Positions 1 to 22,320 of a stretch of 64,000 bases of DNA are shown one piece after another. The notes under the pieces are model-generated. The model was given only the letters and a program-made list of their open reading frames with translations, had not been told where the DNA came from and made no database searches. How positions within the stretch are numbered: position 1 is the first letter of the stretch; every line of letters starts with the position of its first letter. Source of the DNA: Chrysomallon squamiferum (lineage: Eukaryota > Animalia > Mollusca); assembly GCA_012295275.1 (NCBI GenBank), contig CM022666.1, forward strand, positions 4,278,001 through 4,342,000, given 5' to 3'. The position numbers and the translations under genes were made by a program.

Positions 1-5116
<5,116 letters not shown>

Positions 5117-5275
5117 CAGTGGTATTTCGTCTTCTGCGGAAGATTCGTGAAAAATCATCTCTCTGCTTTATATATACAGCGTCCCTTCTCGATCGACGTA
5201 CAGGTGTGCAAACAGCTTAAATCTTAATTTCTAGCGCGCGGCACTCAAAGTTCTGCCAAACTGACGTCATGCGTC
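5117..5275 (-). promoter_or_regulatory. Probable HR83 core promoter
   Basis: Minus-strand TATATAAA at about 5168-5175, E-box CAGGTG at 5201, full CRE TGACGTCA at 5262-5269, upstream of ATG-G|GTGAGT at 5116-5107. Confidence 0.5.
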
Positions 5276-5989
5276 AGAGAGCGCAGAGTTATCGATCTTG
5301 GACGACATCTTCCGACAAAGAAATCAATATGGCGATAGACTGCTCTTCCGTTTTCGAAGCCGGGATTGTTTTCCGCGTTGGGGATCGTGCAGTTAAGTGG
5401 AAAGATGGCCAAATCCTTAGCAGCTGGACTAGCGAGCAGAAAACTTGGAGTTTGACGTGTTAGTGTAACTAGCAAGTTTAATTGTAAGACGATACCGCGA
5501 CGAGCTACTTAAGGATAAAGTGTGCCGATAACGAAGATGCGAAGAGAAAAACAAAAAAAAAAAGAGAAGGAAAAGAATTTTACTAGTTTTTCATTGGTAA
5601 TGAATGAATTGTTGGATATGTGGTTGGTTTTAAATAATAATGAACATTCTGTTGTTTATTTCTTTTTCTTCTGTTTCTGTTATAAATAAACAAGTTAATA
5701 AATAAATAAATAATTAAATAAATAAATAAAATCAAATTCAAAATAATTTTTTAAACATTGAGACTAATAAAACTAATATTCCATTAAATTACTGCCAAAG
5801 TAAGTCAACAGAAAAATGTATTAATTCTTATTTTATGTAGAAGTTTATTTATTTATTTATTTAGTTATTTATTTGTTTGTTTGTTTGTTTGTTTGTTTGT
5901 TCATTTATTTACTTGTGGTTGTTGTGGTTTTTTTTTTTTTCTTCATATTTCTCTTTATTTTTTAAAATGTGTGTGTATAATATAATATA

Positions 5990-6058
<69 letters not shown>

Positions 6059-6634
6059 TTATATCAGTCATCGTAACCACATCAAATACAGAGCACCCGT
6101 TGGAACAGAAAATAACGAAAAAAAAAAAAAACTGGCTCAGTGGAGAATTGATCTTATTAGCAACAGCTCCTTATTCAAGTACATTACAACTAAGGTGCAG
6201 ATTCGCTTTTACCTTTCTTTTTCTTAATTTTTTTTCAAAAGAAAAAAAAAATTAAAATAATCTTTTGAAAACAAAAAATTTAACATCAGAGTCAGTAAAG
6301 TTATCCATTTCAGGTTAAAAATCGGAATTAGTTTCTGGAATTAGTCAGAGAAGAAAGAAAAAAAAAAAAAAAATCCAACGGTCAATATTTTCAATTAAAT
6401 AACGACTGTTGAAAGATTGAAATATTTAAACTCGATGGCTCAGCGAAAGGAGTTTGAGAAAAAAACACCTTTACAGGTGAAAGATCTTTAATCTGCTTTA
6501 AAACTCGTTAGCTGGACAAAAGAAAAAGTCACGTTCTCACTAAGCGATTTGTAGAAACATATATTAAGTTAAAAGTTGAAACTTTTTCACACGAGTTGTA
6601 AAAATCTAATATCCATTTTGTAACAACAACAACT

Positions 6635-7150
6635 TGATAAAAACTTGTAATATCTTGTAGAATACGACATGTAGAATATGACTTGTAGTAATATCTTGTA
6701 AAATACGACATGCAGAATATGACTTGTAGTAATATCTTGTAAAATACGACATGTAGAATATGACTTGTATTAATAACTTGTAAAATACGACATGTAGAAT
6801 ATGACTTGTAATAATAACTTGTAGTAATAATTAGTAGAATACAACTACTGTAATAATTTATTGAATACGGTTAATGTATTAATAACTTGTAGAATATGGC
6901 TTGTAGAAATAATTTGTAGAATACAACTTATAGTGATAACTTGTAGAATACGAATTATAGTAATAACTCGTAGAATATAACTTAGCGTTATAACTTGTAG
7001 AAAGTACGTAGTACCTTGTAGAATACGACTTGTAATAATAACTTGTAGAATATGACTTGTAGAAAATAGATTATAGTAATAACTTGTAGAATAGGACTTG
7101 CAGTAACAACTTGTAGAATACGAATTGTATGAATAACTTGAAGAATACTA
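6635..7150. repeat. Degenerate minisatellite (about 35-bp unit built from CTTGTAGAATA-like subunits)
   Basis: Repeated cttgtagaatacgacatgtagaatatgacttgtagtaata variants. Confidence 0.85.
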
Positions 7151-7445
7151 GTAATAATAAAATATAGATTACCGACCGCATGCCATAAATAAGTATGATA
7201 AAATTGCATGGTGTGAAGGCGTCTTAAAATAAAGAACAATATGAGTCGACCGTCAGAACATGAAAATGTCAAACTTACACGGCGCGTCAAATATCGAAAG
7301 ATATCGCGAGATCTGGATTAGGATTGATGCGATACTGCGCAATAGAAATCGACTGGCTATGAAAGATTATTTTATGAAAATCCTTCTCTTTTTTTACTTA
7401 AATGTAACGCTGAAATAAGGTGCCAGTCCGATAAATTATTATGTA

Positions 7446-7552
<107 letters not shown>

Positions 7553-7657
7553 TAGATAGATAGAGAGAGAGAGAGACAGAGAGAAAGAGAGAGAGAGATA
7601 TAGATGTAGAGAGAGAGAAAGAGAGAAACAGATAGAGAGAGAGACAGAGAGAGAGAG

Positions 7658-7758
<101 letters not shown>

Positions 7759-8252
7759 TTCGATTTTTGAAGTTTGAAAAGACTTGACTTTTACAAATTT
7801 TATTTTATTTTTAAATATGTACATGTTTTTACAAAAACACGTATCGTTTTATAACAACTATATACATATATACGTATATACATTTTTACATGTGTGTGTG
7901 TGGCACACGTGCGTGTATTTGAAACAATATTTTATAATATTAGCTAAACACACATAATCCACAGAAAATCACAACACAGAAACACCTTAAAACGACGCAT
8001 GTGCGTCGTTTCTGAAATAAATATGAAATACAGAAGAAAAAAACTTACAAAGCCATACTTCGTTATCATTTGTCTGTTTCTGTTTTGCTTTTAATATAAA
8101 AATTTAGTAAGTAAATAATTAATTTAAAACAAAAAAAGTAAAATGTAGAATCTCTCTCTATATATTTATACAACAGAGAGGGAGAAAAACACTGAAATAA
8201 AATATAAACAAAGTAAAAAAAAAAAAAAAAACAACAACAAAAAAAAACAAAA

Positions 8253-8285
<33 letters not shown>

Positions 8286-8286
8286 A

Positions 8287-8332
<46 letters not shown>

Positions 8333-8380
8333 GTTCAAATGTCCAAGGGAAATAACTCTTTGCAGAATTACTTCCCTTCT

Positions 8381-12442
<4,062 letters not shown>

Positions 12443-12539
12443 GGGCAGAATTTATTTTGTCATCATGGTGATTCCCCACTCCATCAGACACCGACGGCGG
12501 ACATTTGTTTGACTAGGGGTAGAAGCGCGCACAGCCGAG

Positions 12540-12710
12540 AGGTAGGCTGGTCTTTACGTAGGGCGGTGTCAGCCGTCTCTTACCTTATATGTCGGTATTT
12601 CAGCAAGGATCAGCCAATCAGATAGCTCATTTTCCTTTGTTCTCGCCTAATAGACACAAAGTCGTTGTAAAAGTGGGCGTGGCCAAGGCGAATTTCTTGG
12701 AAAACGTCAA
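12540..12710 (-). promoter_or_regulatory. Promoter of the collagen-less TNF gene
   Basis: Minus-strand TATAAG at about 12584-12589, GC box GGGCGG at 12561, CCAAT at about 12614, GGGCGTGGC at 12675, STAT/GAS TTCTTGGAA at 12694-12702. Confidence 0.55.
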
Positions 12711-12726
12711 GAGGAGAAATTGCATA

Positions 12727-12768
<42 letters not shown>

Positions 12769-13913
12769 AAAAAGAAAAAAAAAATTTGATACTGAGCGTG
12801 TACTTAAGTTTTAGGTCACTAACACACTAACATAAACATATATGCAGTCAAGCTCGAGAGAGTGCGCTCACACACACACACACACACAGACACTCACACA
12901 CACACACACACACATACACACTCACACACAGACACTCACACACAAACACACACACAGACACACACACACACACAGACACTCACACACACACACACACACA
13001 GACACTCACACACACATACACACACACACACACACTCACACACAGACACTCACACACAAACACACACACACAGACACACACACACACACACAAACCTAAC
13101 TAGTTAATAATGAAGGTATACATATATACATATACAAATGCAGTACACACAGGATACTTTATAAGAAACCTGTGTACACATACCAGTACGTTCTCTGCAG
13201 CCATGTATAAACAAGTGTACTGCTATGTGCACTTCAACTAGACAGCTAGACTGGATTTACTTTTGTTAAAATGTGCTCTATTAAAATAATAACGAGAACT
13301 GCACGAGTGCATGATAAAAGTATGTTATCAAAATACATCCATGTAGTGTGTGCGTATTTGTGTGTGCGTGTGTGTGTGTGTGCGCGCGCGCGCGAATACA
13401 CAAACCCACCCAGATAGGTGTGTGCATATATACATGCATAAGGGTATACGTATGTATGAATGTATGTAGTATGTATCTGTATGCATGCATACATGCCTGT
13501 ATATGTATGTGTGTATGTACCTTGCATGCCTGCGTATATATATATGTGTGCATGCATACATCAAACACGCGCGTGCATCTGTATCTGTGTGTATGTATGT
13601 ATGTACGCAAGCTGACACACTATCTTCGATTCGTTAACAATGGCTGATATTTGGTTACGTGTGCAGTGACCTAGATAAAGGTCACACACACAAGTTTCGT
13701 TTTTAAATTTCTTCTTAATATGACAGTCAACACCTTTAGCGAAATGAAAGTAGAATTTCTTCTTCTTTAATCTTTCATTTATTTATTTATTTATTTTATT
13801 TATTATAATCATCATCGTCATCATGATCAAGATGGTGATGATGATGATGATGATGATTATTATTATTATTATTATTATTATTGCTTTTTCTTTTTTTTTT
13901 TTTTTTTTTTTTT

Positions 13914-13944
<31 letters not shown>

Positions 13945-14731
13945 GTTTTTAATCTTCATTTCCTTGTTATTTCTTTTCCTGTTTGGTTTTCGGCAGAATT
14001 TTACAAATTCTTCTTCTCAAAGTTCTTGCATTTTTCTTCTAATAATTTTTATTATTTATTTATTTATTTATTTATTTTTTTTATTATTATTATTATTATT
14101 ATTTTTTTTTATCATTCCACCCTTTTAACGTGGACATGAGATAATCCAGGGTGTGTGGATCTAATCTTGAGGTCATGCTATAAATCCCACATGCTTATAT
14201 AACCTTCAAATGGAATACATCTAAACGCTCAAATAACCACACAAAATCTCACCTCGTTATCTACTTCTGTATCAGCATCATACCTGTGGACAACTTTGAA
14301 TCCTGGGATAGTATATTTGAACTTTATATACAGACTCCCCCCCTTCCCCCCACCCGTATGCTCCAGCACCCACCCCTAAACATCAGAATCCTCGTTCCTT
14401 ACCCACAGGCCCATTTTCTCCTATACAGCCAAATAAATACCTGTTCTTTATGTACTGACAACATAAACAGTACCCTTATACAGTAGTACCCTGTACCCTG
14501 TATAGTAAGTATCCTATATAGTGTACCATCGACTCAAAGTACCATTCTTGATAAACGTTTGTGTGTATTTAAAACAGAAGAAAAAGAAAAAGTAACATTT
14601 TAATCCTTAGTTTCGAAAGTTCAGTGGAGAAAATCGAACAGTCCTACTTTTCTTTTCGCGGAAATTACCGATCCATGTCGATTCCGTGAATCTCGCTTGA
14701 AAGATACGACTTAAATGTCGTGACCTTGTCC

Positions 14732-14774
<43 letters not shown>

Positions 14775-14880
14775 GTTGTTGTTGTTGTTGCTGTTGTTGC
14801 TGTTGTTGCTGTTGTTATTATTATCATATTTTTTACTATCCTTTTTATTTATTTATTTATTTATTTATTTATTTGCTTGT

Positions 14881-14984
14881 TTTATTTGCAGTTACATATT
14901 CTGAGGATTTCTACTTTTAGTTTTGTTTTCATAAAACTGCGGTTCTCTTTCATTTTATAAAGTTCGTCTCTTCTTTCAAGTTTT
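14881..14984 (+). repeat. Local duplication, copy 1 (copy 2 at 20649-20753)
   Basis: About 105-nt near-identical segment tattctgaggatttctacttttagttttgttttcataaaactgcg...ttctttcaagtttt. Confidence 0.85.
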
Positions 14985-16429
14985 TGTCCTTTTTTGTTTT
15001 CCTTTTTCTTTTGCATAATATTTTTAAATTTTCTTTTCGTTCGTTCTTTATTTAATACTTCTTATTAGTTAAATAATTAACTGACTTATTTATTTAATAC
15101 TTATTTATTGTTTTTATGAATATATATAATTTTTACACTCAAAAATGAATGTAAAAAATGTGTAATATGAACATTTATTTTAAATATATTTTCTTATTAT
15201 CTGTTTATGCTTAATTACTTAACATTATATATTTTTGTAATAATCATTATTTATTTCAATATTCGTTCTTACTTGCAGAATTTCAATATCATGTTGTTGT
15301 TTTTTTAATTAATTAATCAATATATATTTAATTATAATTTTAATATTTTTTAATTTCGATTCACTAAAATTACTGCTTAAATGTTTCAATTCAGTAATAT
15401 ATTTTAATTCGTAACTAAATGATAGGCAATGTTATTTTTTTTATTATTATTTTTTTTTTATAAGAGTTAATGTCATTTATATTTGGTTCGTTGTTTTTTA
15501 TTAAATTATATATATATTACTGTTTTTAATTTTCTAATATATATTTAAAACATTGATTCAGGTAATATGTCTTTTACTTACAATTTTGATTCATTAATAT
15601 GTTAAATTGCAGTTATTTTTTTAGGTAAATGTTTTAATTTTAATTCACATTATGCTTTTAATTACGATTAAAATGTTTATAAAATTTTTCTATTTTTAAT
15701 ATTTTGTTTTCTATATATATGTATACACCCACACACACCCACGCACATACACGCACACACATATTTCTTTCTTTCTTTATTGTTGTGAAATGTACTACTA
15801 CTAGAACTACTACTACTACTGATTATTATTATTATTATTATTATTATTTATTTATTTTGTTGCTCATTTATTTATTCTTATTTACTACTTTATTTATTTA
15901 TTTAATTATAATACAAATATTACTTTTGATTCATTAGTATACTTGTTGTTGTTGTTATTATTATTATTATCATCATCGTCATCGTCATCATCATCATCAT
16001 CATCATCGTTATTATCATTATTATTACTGTTACTATTATTGTCATTATTATCATCATCATTATTATTATCATTATTACTATCATCATCATCATCATCGCA
16101 TCATCATTAATATTACTGTAACTTTAACTTTATTACTACTACTACTACTGCTACTACTACTACTGCTACTACTACTACTACTACTACTACTGCTACTGTT
16201 ATTATTATTACATGCACATGCGTACCGACACAACAGTAACAATATACATTTACACCACGCACATGCACAGATACACACACAGTACACGCACACACACACA
16301 GAAATATTTTTATAATATAGAACCAAGCTTAATATATCGACGTCGCTCAAAAGACAACAACAACACCAGCAACTTCCGTGTTTATTCATATAAATAAATA
16401 AATAAATAAATAAAACCGATATTAAAAAA

Positions 16430-16475
<46 letters not shown>

Positions 16476-16477
16476 GA

Positions 16478-16549
<72 letters not shown>

Positions 16550-16697
16550 AAGAAGAAGAAGAAGAATAAAACAAAATACTGCTACTACTACTACTACTAC
16601 TACTACTACTATTACTAATACTAGTAATAATAATACAAATACTAATACTACTACTAACACACTAATAAATAAATAAATAAATAAACAAACAAACAAA

Positions 16698-16748
<51 letters not shown>

Positions 16749-17455
16749 ACGATATAAAAACCTAAACTACTGACACGGATAATACAATGCACTTCAGTAA
16801 CATGTAGTAAAAATGCAAATACATGTAAATATTTCTTTTCTTTTCTTTGTTTATTTTCTTTTCTTTATTTCTTTTCTGCTTTTTCCCTCCTCCCTCTTAA
16901 TTCAAAATATTTACAAAATCTGTTGATATTAATTAGAAATAAATAAATGTAAAAATAATAAATAAATAACTAAATATGTATGTGATAAATATATAATTTA
17001 AAAAAAAAAAAAAAAAAAAAAAATAATAATAATAATAATAATAAAAACAAAATTGTAAAATAATTACATGTGCAGTAAATATATAAATGAATGAACGGAT
17101 GAATGAATGAACGGCCAGATGAGCAGAAGTAAAGTAAAAGAAAAAAAAAAAAAGAAGAAAAAAAAATGTTTAGGTTAAATAAGGGAAGGGCCTGTCGAAA
17201 GATAAATAAATATGTATGTGCGCGCGCATGTGTGTATGTACATAATTTATTAATTTTTATTACTTTTCCAAAGTTTTTTTCTCTGTTTATTAATTATTTC
17301 GATGCAGAATTTAACTAATTTTCGTGTCATCTGTGTATTTATTTATTTATTTATTATTTTTTTATTTAATAATTTTAGATGTAGTGACAGTAGTGGTTGT
17401 AGAAATGTAAATAATTAATTAATTTTTACTATTGTTGTTGTTGTTGTTGTTGTAA

Positions 17456-17502
<47 letters not shown>

Positions 17503-17660
17503 GCTGCTTTTATTATTGTTATTGTTGTTATTATTATCATTTCCTATTATTAATGTAATCATTATTGTAGTTCCTGTTGCTATTGTTGTTGTTGTTGTAG
17601 TTATTCGTACTGTTGTTGTTTTTACTACCACTACTACTTCTACTACTACTACTATTATTA

Positions 17661-17701
<41 letters not shown>

Positions 17702-18784
17702 GTTATTATTATTATTAATATTATTATTATTATTATTATCTTCAAAAGAACTAGGCGACATACTGATATATATATTCTCTCTGTCTTTCACGCCCCAGTA
17801 ATGTGATCTAAAACGAAAAACTAGGTGACCGTAATATTAAATCTTTTTGAATGACCGCATCTTTTCAAACGATAAAATAGCCGTTCAGGTCGTTGCCCCT
17901 GGCAACCAAGACAACAATGCCTGCTCTACATTTTACAGAAGACAAAATTTGAAAATAAGAAAAAAACATAATTAATTAAAAGATATCATTTCCTAGGTCT
18001 ATAGTTTCGAACGGAAACTCAAAATATTTCTTAGAAATAAGTAGTTGTTAGTTTATAAGCAAAATCTGTTAAATATTATTAATTATCAATTCTAAGCGAT
18101 TAAAGACTTTTCACCTTTGACCAGGCACGACAACAAGGAAGCTATTGTCATTGGTTGATTTTTGACCAATTGAAATCCTTGTTATAAATTACATATAAAC
18201 TGAAGTAAAACTGATTTTCTTAAATTAGTATACCAGTATTATTTTAAAATACATTTTCTTTTTGTCTATGGGATAATAATAATAACAATAATCATAATTA
18301 TTATTATAAATTTTAAAATTATTCTATTTGTACTATTAATTACAATTACTTTAAAAAAAAAAAATAATAATAATAATTATACGAAACTAAACTGTTTAAT
18401 TATCTTGTACAAGGTCATTTTGTCCTTGGCTTTCTGAGTAATTTGCAGACGTTTATCCACGTGACCAGTGATTTGCTACGTCATGGGTATAAATACCAAG
18501 GTCACTAAAAATAGGTAAATAAAGGAGTTGATCAGATAGGGTAGACGAAGCTCTGTAACAACGCGTTCGTTAACTTTTCCCAGAAATATCGAGTCTGTGG
18601 ATCGTGTTAAGGGGTCGAAACCTTCCTTTTAAACCAGTGCGCACGCCCTAGTAAACATGGCAACTGAACTGGAAGGGTCTCAGAGCGTATTTAATATATA
18701 ACAACAACAACAACAACAATAATAATAATGATAATGTTAATGATAATAATAATAATAATAATAATAATATATAAAGAAACAACC

Positions 18785-18850
<66 letters not shown>

Positions 18851-19413
18851 AAGAAGAAGAAATAAATAAATAATGATAAAAAAGATATTAGGAGAGCAGA
18901 AATGTGTAAGCCAGTGAGAAGAACCTACAGCGAAATTTTGTTACAGTTGAGAAAGATTTATTTATTTATTTGTTTGTTTATTTGTTTATTTATTTATGTA
19001 TTTGTTTGTTTATTTATTTATTTGTTTGTTTATTTGTTTGTTTGTTTGTTTGTTTGTTTGTTTGTTTGTTTATTTATTTGTTTATTTATTTGTTTGTTTA
19101 TTTATTTATTTGTATTTGTATATTGTCTGAGTTTATGTATTATCTTATTTTTTATTAATTAAATGACAGAGAAATAGAAAGATATTAAAGAAAAAGAGAA
19201 AAAACGACAAAAAGAAAGAATGAAAAAAGAAAGAAAAAACTAATTTTAAAAACCGTTTATATTTCCTAATTATAAATGCTAAACCAAAAATATCGATTGT
19301 ATAATTAATTAAACAAACAAACAAATACATAAACAGTTTCTAAAACAAAACTAAAACAGAAATAAAAGAAAAGAAAGAAAGAAAACAGAAATTAAATATT
19401 ACTACTACTACTA

Positions 19414-19504
<91 letters not shown>

Positions 19505-19625
19505 AAAAATAAATATAAATTCGTTTTACAATGAATTTTTTAAAATTATCATTTACCGGGGGGGAAAAGACTGTATATTGCAACAAGTCATAATTTCAAC
19601 AGACTGAGTCTTCGGTAGTTTAATC

Positions 19626-19684
<59 letters not shown>

Positions 19685-20083
19685 TATTATTATTATTATT
19701 ATTATATATTTTTTGTTGTTGTTGTTGATGGTGATGTTGTTATTGTTATCATCATGTTTGTTGTTGACATTGTTGTTTAGTATTTTAAATATTTTATTTT
19801 TTATTTGTTGTAGAAGTAGTTATATTAATAACATTGTTTATTCATTTAATATAGTAATAATAATGAAAATAATAATAAAAACAATATCACTACCGCCACC
19901 ACCACAACAAAAGTAACAAAAATCAACAGCAACAACGACGATGACGACAACAACAACAACAACATCAACAGTAATAATAATCATCAAATTATTTTACAAA
20001 TATTTTAAAAATGTTTTAGAATATTACGGGAAAAATGTTGTTTTTAATAATAACAAACAAAATTTTTAAAACATATTAATAAT

Positions 20084-20159
<76 letters not shown>

Positions 20160-20648
20160 TATAAAAAAGGGTTATAATAATAATCATTACACATAACTTT
20201 ATACATAACGATAACTTTCTGTTTCAGAAAATGAAATCTAGTACTAACTGTTGTATAACCCGGACATTCTAACTAATGAGGATAAAAATAAATAATAATA
20301 ATAATAAAAAATTCCCAAGGAAAAGAGATTACATCCATATGGACATATTTCTTTATGAGGAAATCTTAAATCTTCGGGAAATAACTATATTAACATGATT
20401 GCTGTTACTTGTTTTTTTGTCTGTTTTTTTGAAGTAGCAAATTGTAGTAGTAGAAGTAGTTGTTAGTAATAGTTGTTGTTGTTGTTGTTATCATTATATT
20501 TTTTATTATTATCCTTTATATTACTTATTTATTTATTTAGTTGTTTACTTGTTTGTTAGTTTGTTTATTTATTTAATTATGTATTTAGTTGTTTATTTAT
20601 TTATTTGTTAATTTGTTTGTTTGTTTATTTATTTGTTTGTTTGTTTAT

Positions 20649-20753
20649 TTTATTTGCATTTACTTATTCTGAGGATTTCTACTTTTAGTTTTGTTTTCAT
20701 AAAACTGCGATTCACTTTCAGTTTATAAAGTTTCCTTTCTTCTTTCAAGTTTT
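20649..20753 (+). repeat. Local duplication, copy 2 (copy 1 at 14881-14984)
   Basis: Direct repeat offset by about 5.77 kb. Confidence 0.85.
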
Positions 20754-21009
20754 ACTACCTTTAATGTTTTCATCTTTTTTTTTTCTCTCTCTTTCATCCT
20801 GTATTTAATACTTATTAATGAATTAAGTTTTTGATTGATTTATTTAATACGTTTTTATTGTTTATTATTATTATTATTATTATTATTTTTTTTTCTATTT
20901 ATTTTATCTTGTTTTATTTTACTTTATTTTTTATTTTTTTTTATTTTTTATTTTAGAGTAAATATAAAATATTCCGACTCAATTTTTGTTTTCTTTTTAT
21001 TTCAGAAAA

Positions 21010-21048
<39 letters not shown>

Positions 21049-21278
21049 AAATAAATAATACTAAATTATGAAAGATTTTAAAATGCATAAATTGTTGTGA
21101 TAATATAGTCTGATAAACTGGCTTTCAAAAAAGTACATTAACATTATTTATCTTTATATATTTTCACTAAAAACGTTTAAATAAAAAATTAATAGCGTAA
21201 TATTCAGTGTATTTCTATATAAATATATATCACTTTAATATGAACCGATTTATTGAATTTCATCTTCTACCAATAATA

Positions 21279-21333
<55 letters not shown>

Positions 21334-21384
21334 TAATAATAATAAGAATATTGATGATGATGATGATAATAGCAATATTAATGT

Positions 21385-22320
21385 TTTTGTCATTTTTATT
21401 TTATTTTACTTTTACTTTATTTTACTTTTCTTTATTTTACTTTACTTTACTTTTACTTTACTTTACTTTACTTTATTTTACTTTACTTTTCTTTATTTTA
21501 CTTTACTTTACTTTACTTTATTTTACTTTACTTTTCTTTATTTTACTTTACTTTATTTTAGTTTACTTTATTTTATTTTACTTTATTTTACTTCACTTTT
21601 ACTTTACTTTAGTTTTACTTTACTTTATTTCAGTGTATTTTACTTGACTTTTCTTTACTTTATTTCACTTTACTTTATTTTACTTTTATTTTACTTTATT
21701 TTACTTTACTTTATTTTATTTTACTTTACTTTACTTTACTTTATTTTACTTTTATTTTACTTTACTTTATTTCACTTTATTTTACTTTACTTTTCTTTAC
21801 TTTATTTCACTTTATTTTACTTTATATTTCTTTACTTTACATTATTTATACTTTACTTTACTTTTACTATACTTTACTTTACTTTTCTTTACTATACTAT
21901 TCTTTATTTCACTTTCCTTTATTTTATTTTAATTTACTTTACTTTACTTTTATTTCACTTTACTTTATTTTACTTTACTTTACTTTTACTTTACTTTTTG
22001 TTCACTTTACTTTACTTTACTTTTGTTCACTTTACTTTACTTTATTTTACTTAATTTTACTTCACTTCACTTTATTTTACTTTATTTTACTGTACTTTAT
22101 TTTACTTAACTTCACTTTTACTTTACTTTACTTTACTTTATTTTACTTTAATATACTTTACTTTACTTTACTTTATTTTACTTTATTTTACTTTACTATA
22201 TTTTACTTTATTTTACTTTACTTTACTTTATTTTACTTTATTTTACTTCACTTCACTTCACTTTTACTTCACTTCACTTTTACTTTACTTTACTTTATTT
22301 TTCTTTACTTCACTTTACTT
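21385..22320. repeat. Degenerate pentanucleotide repeat (TTTAC/TTTAT/TTCAC)n
   Basis: About 930 nt of 5-bp periodicity. Confidence 0.95.

Noticed and set aside
7900-8380. AU-rich elements in the TNF 3' UTRs
   Set aside because: ATTTA words are ubiquitous in this window, so no specific signal can be claimed.
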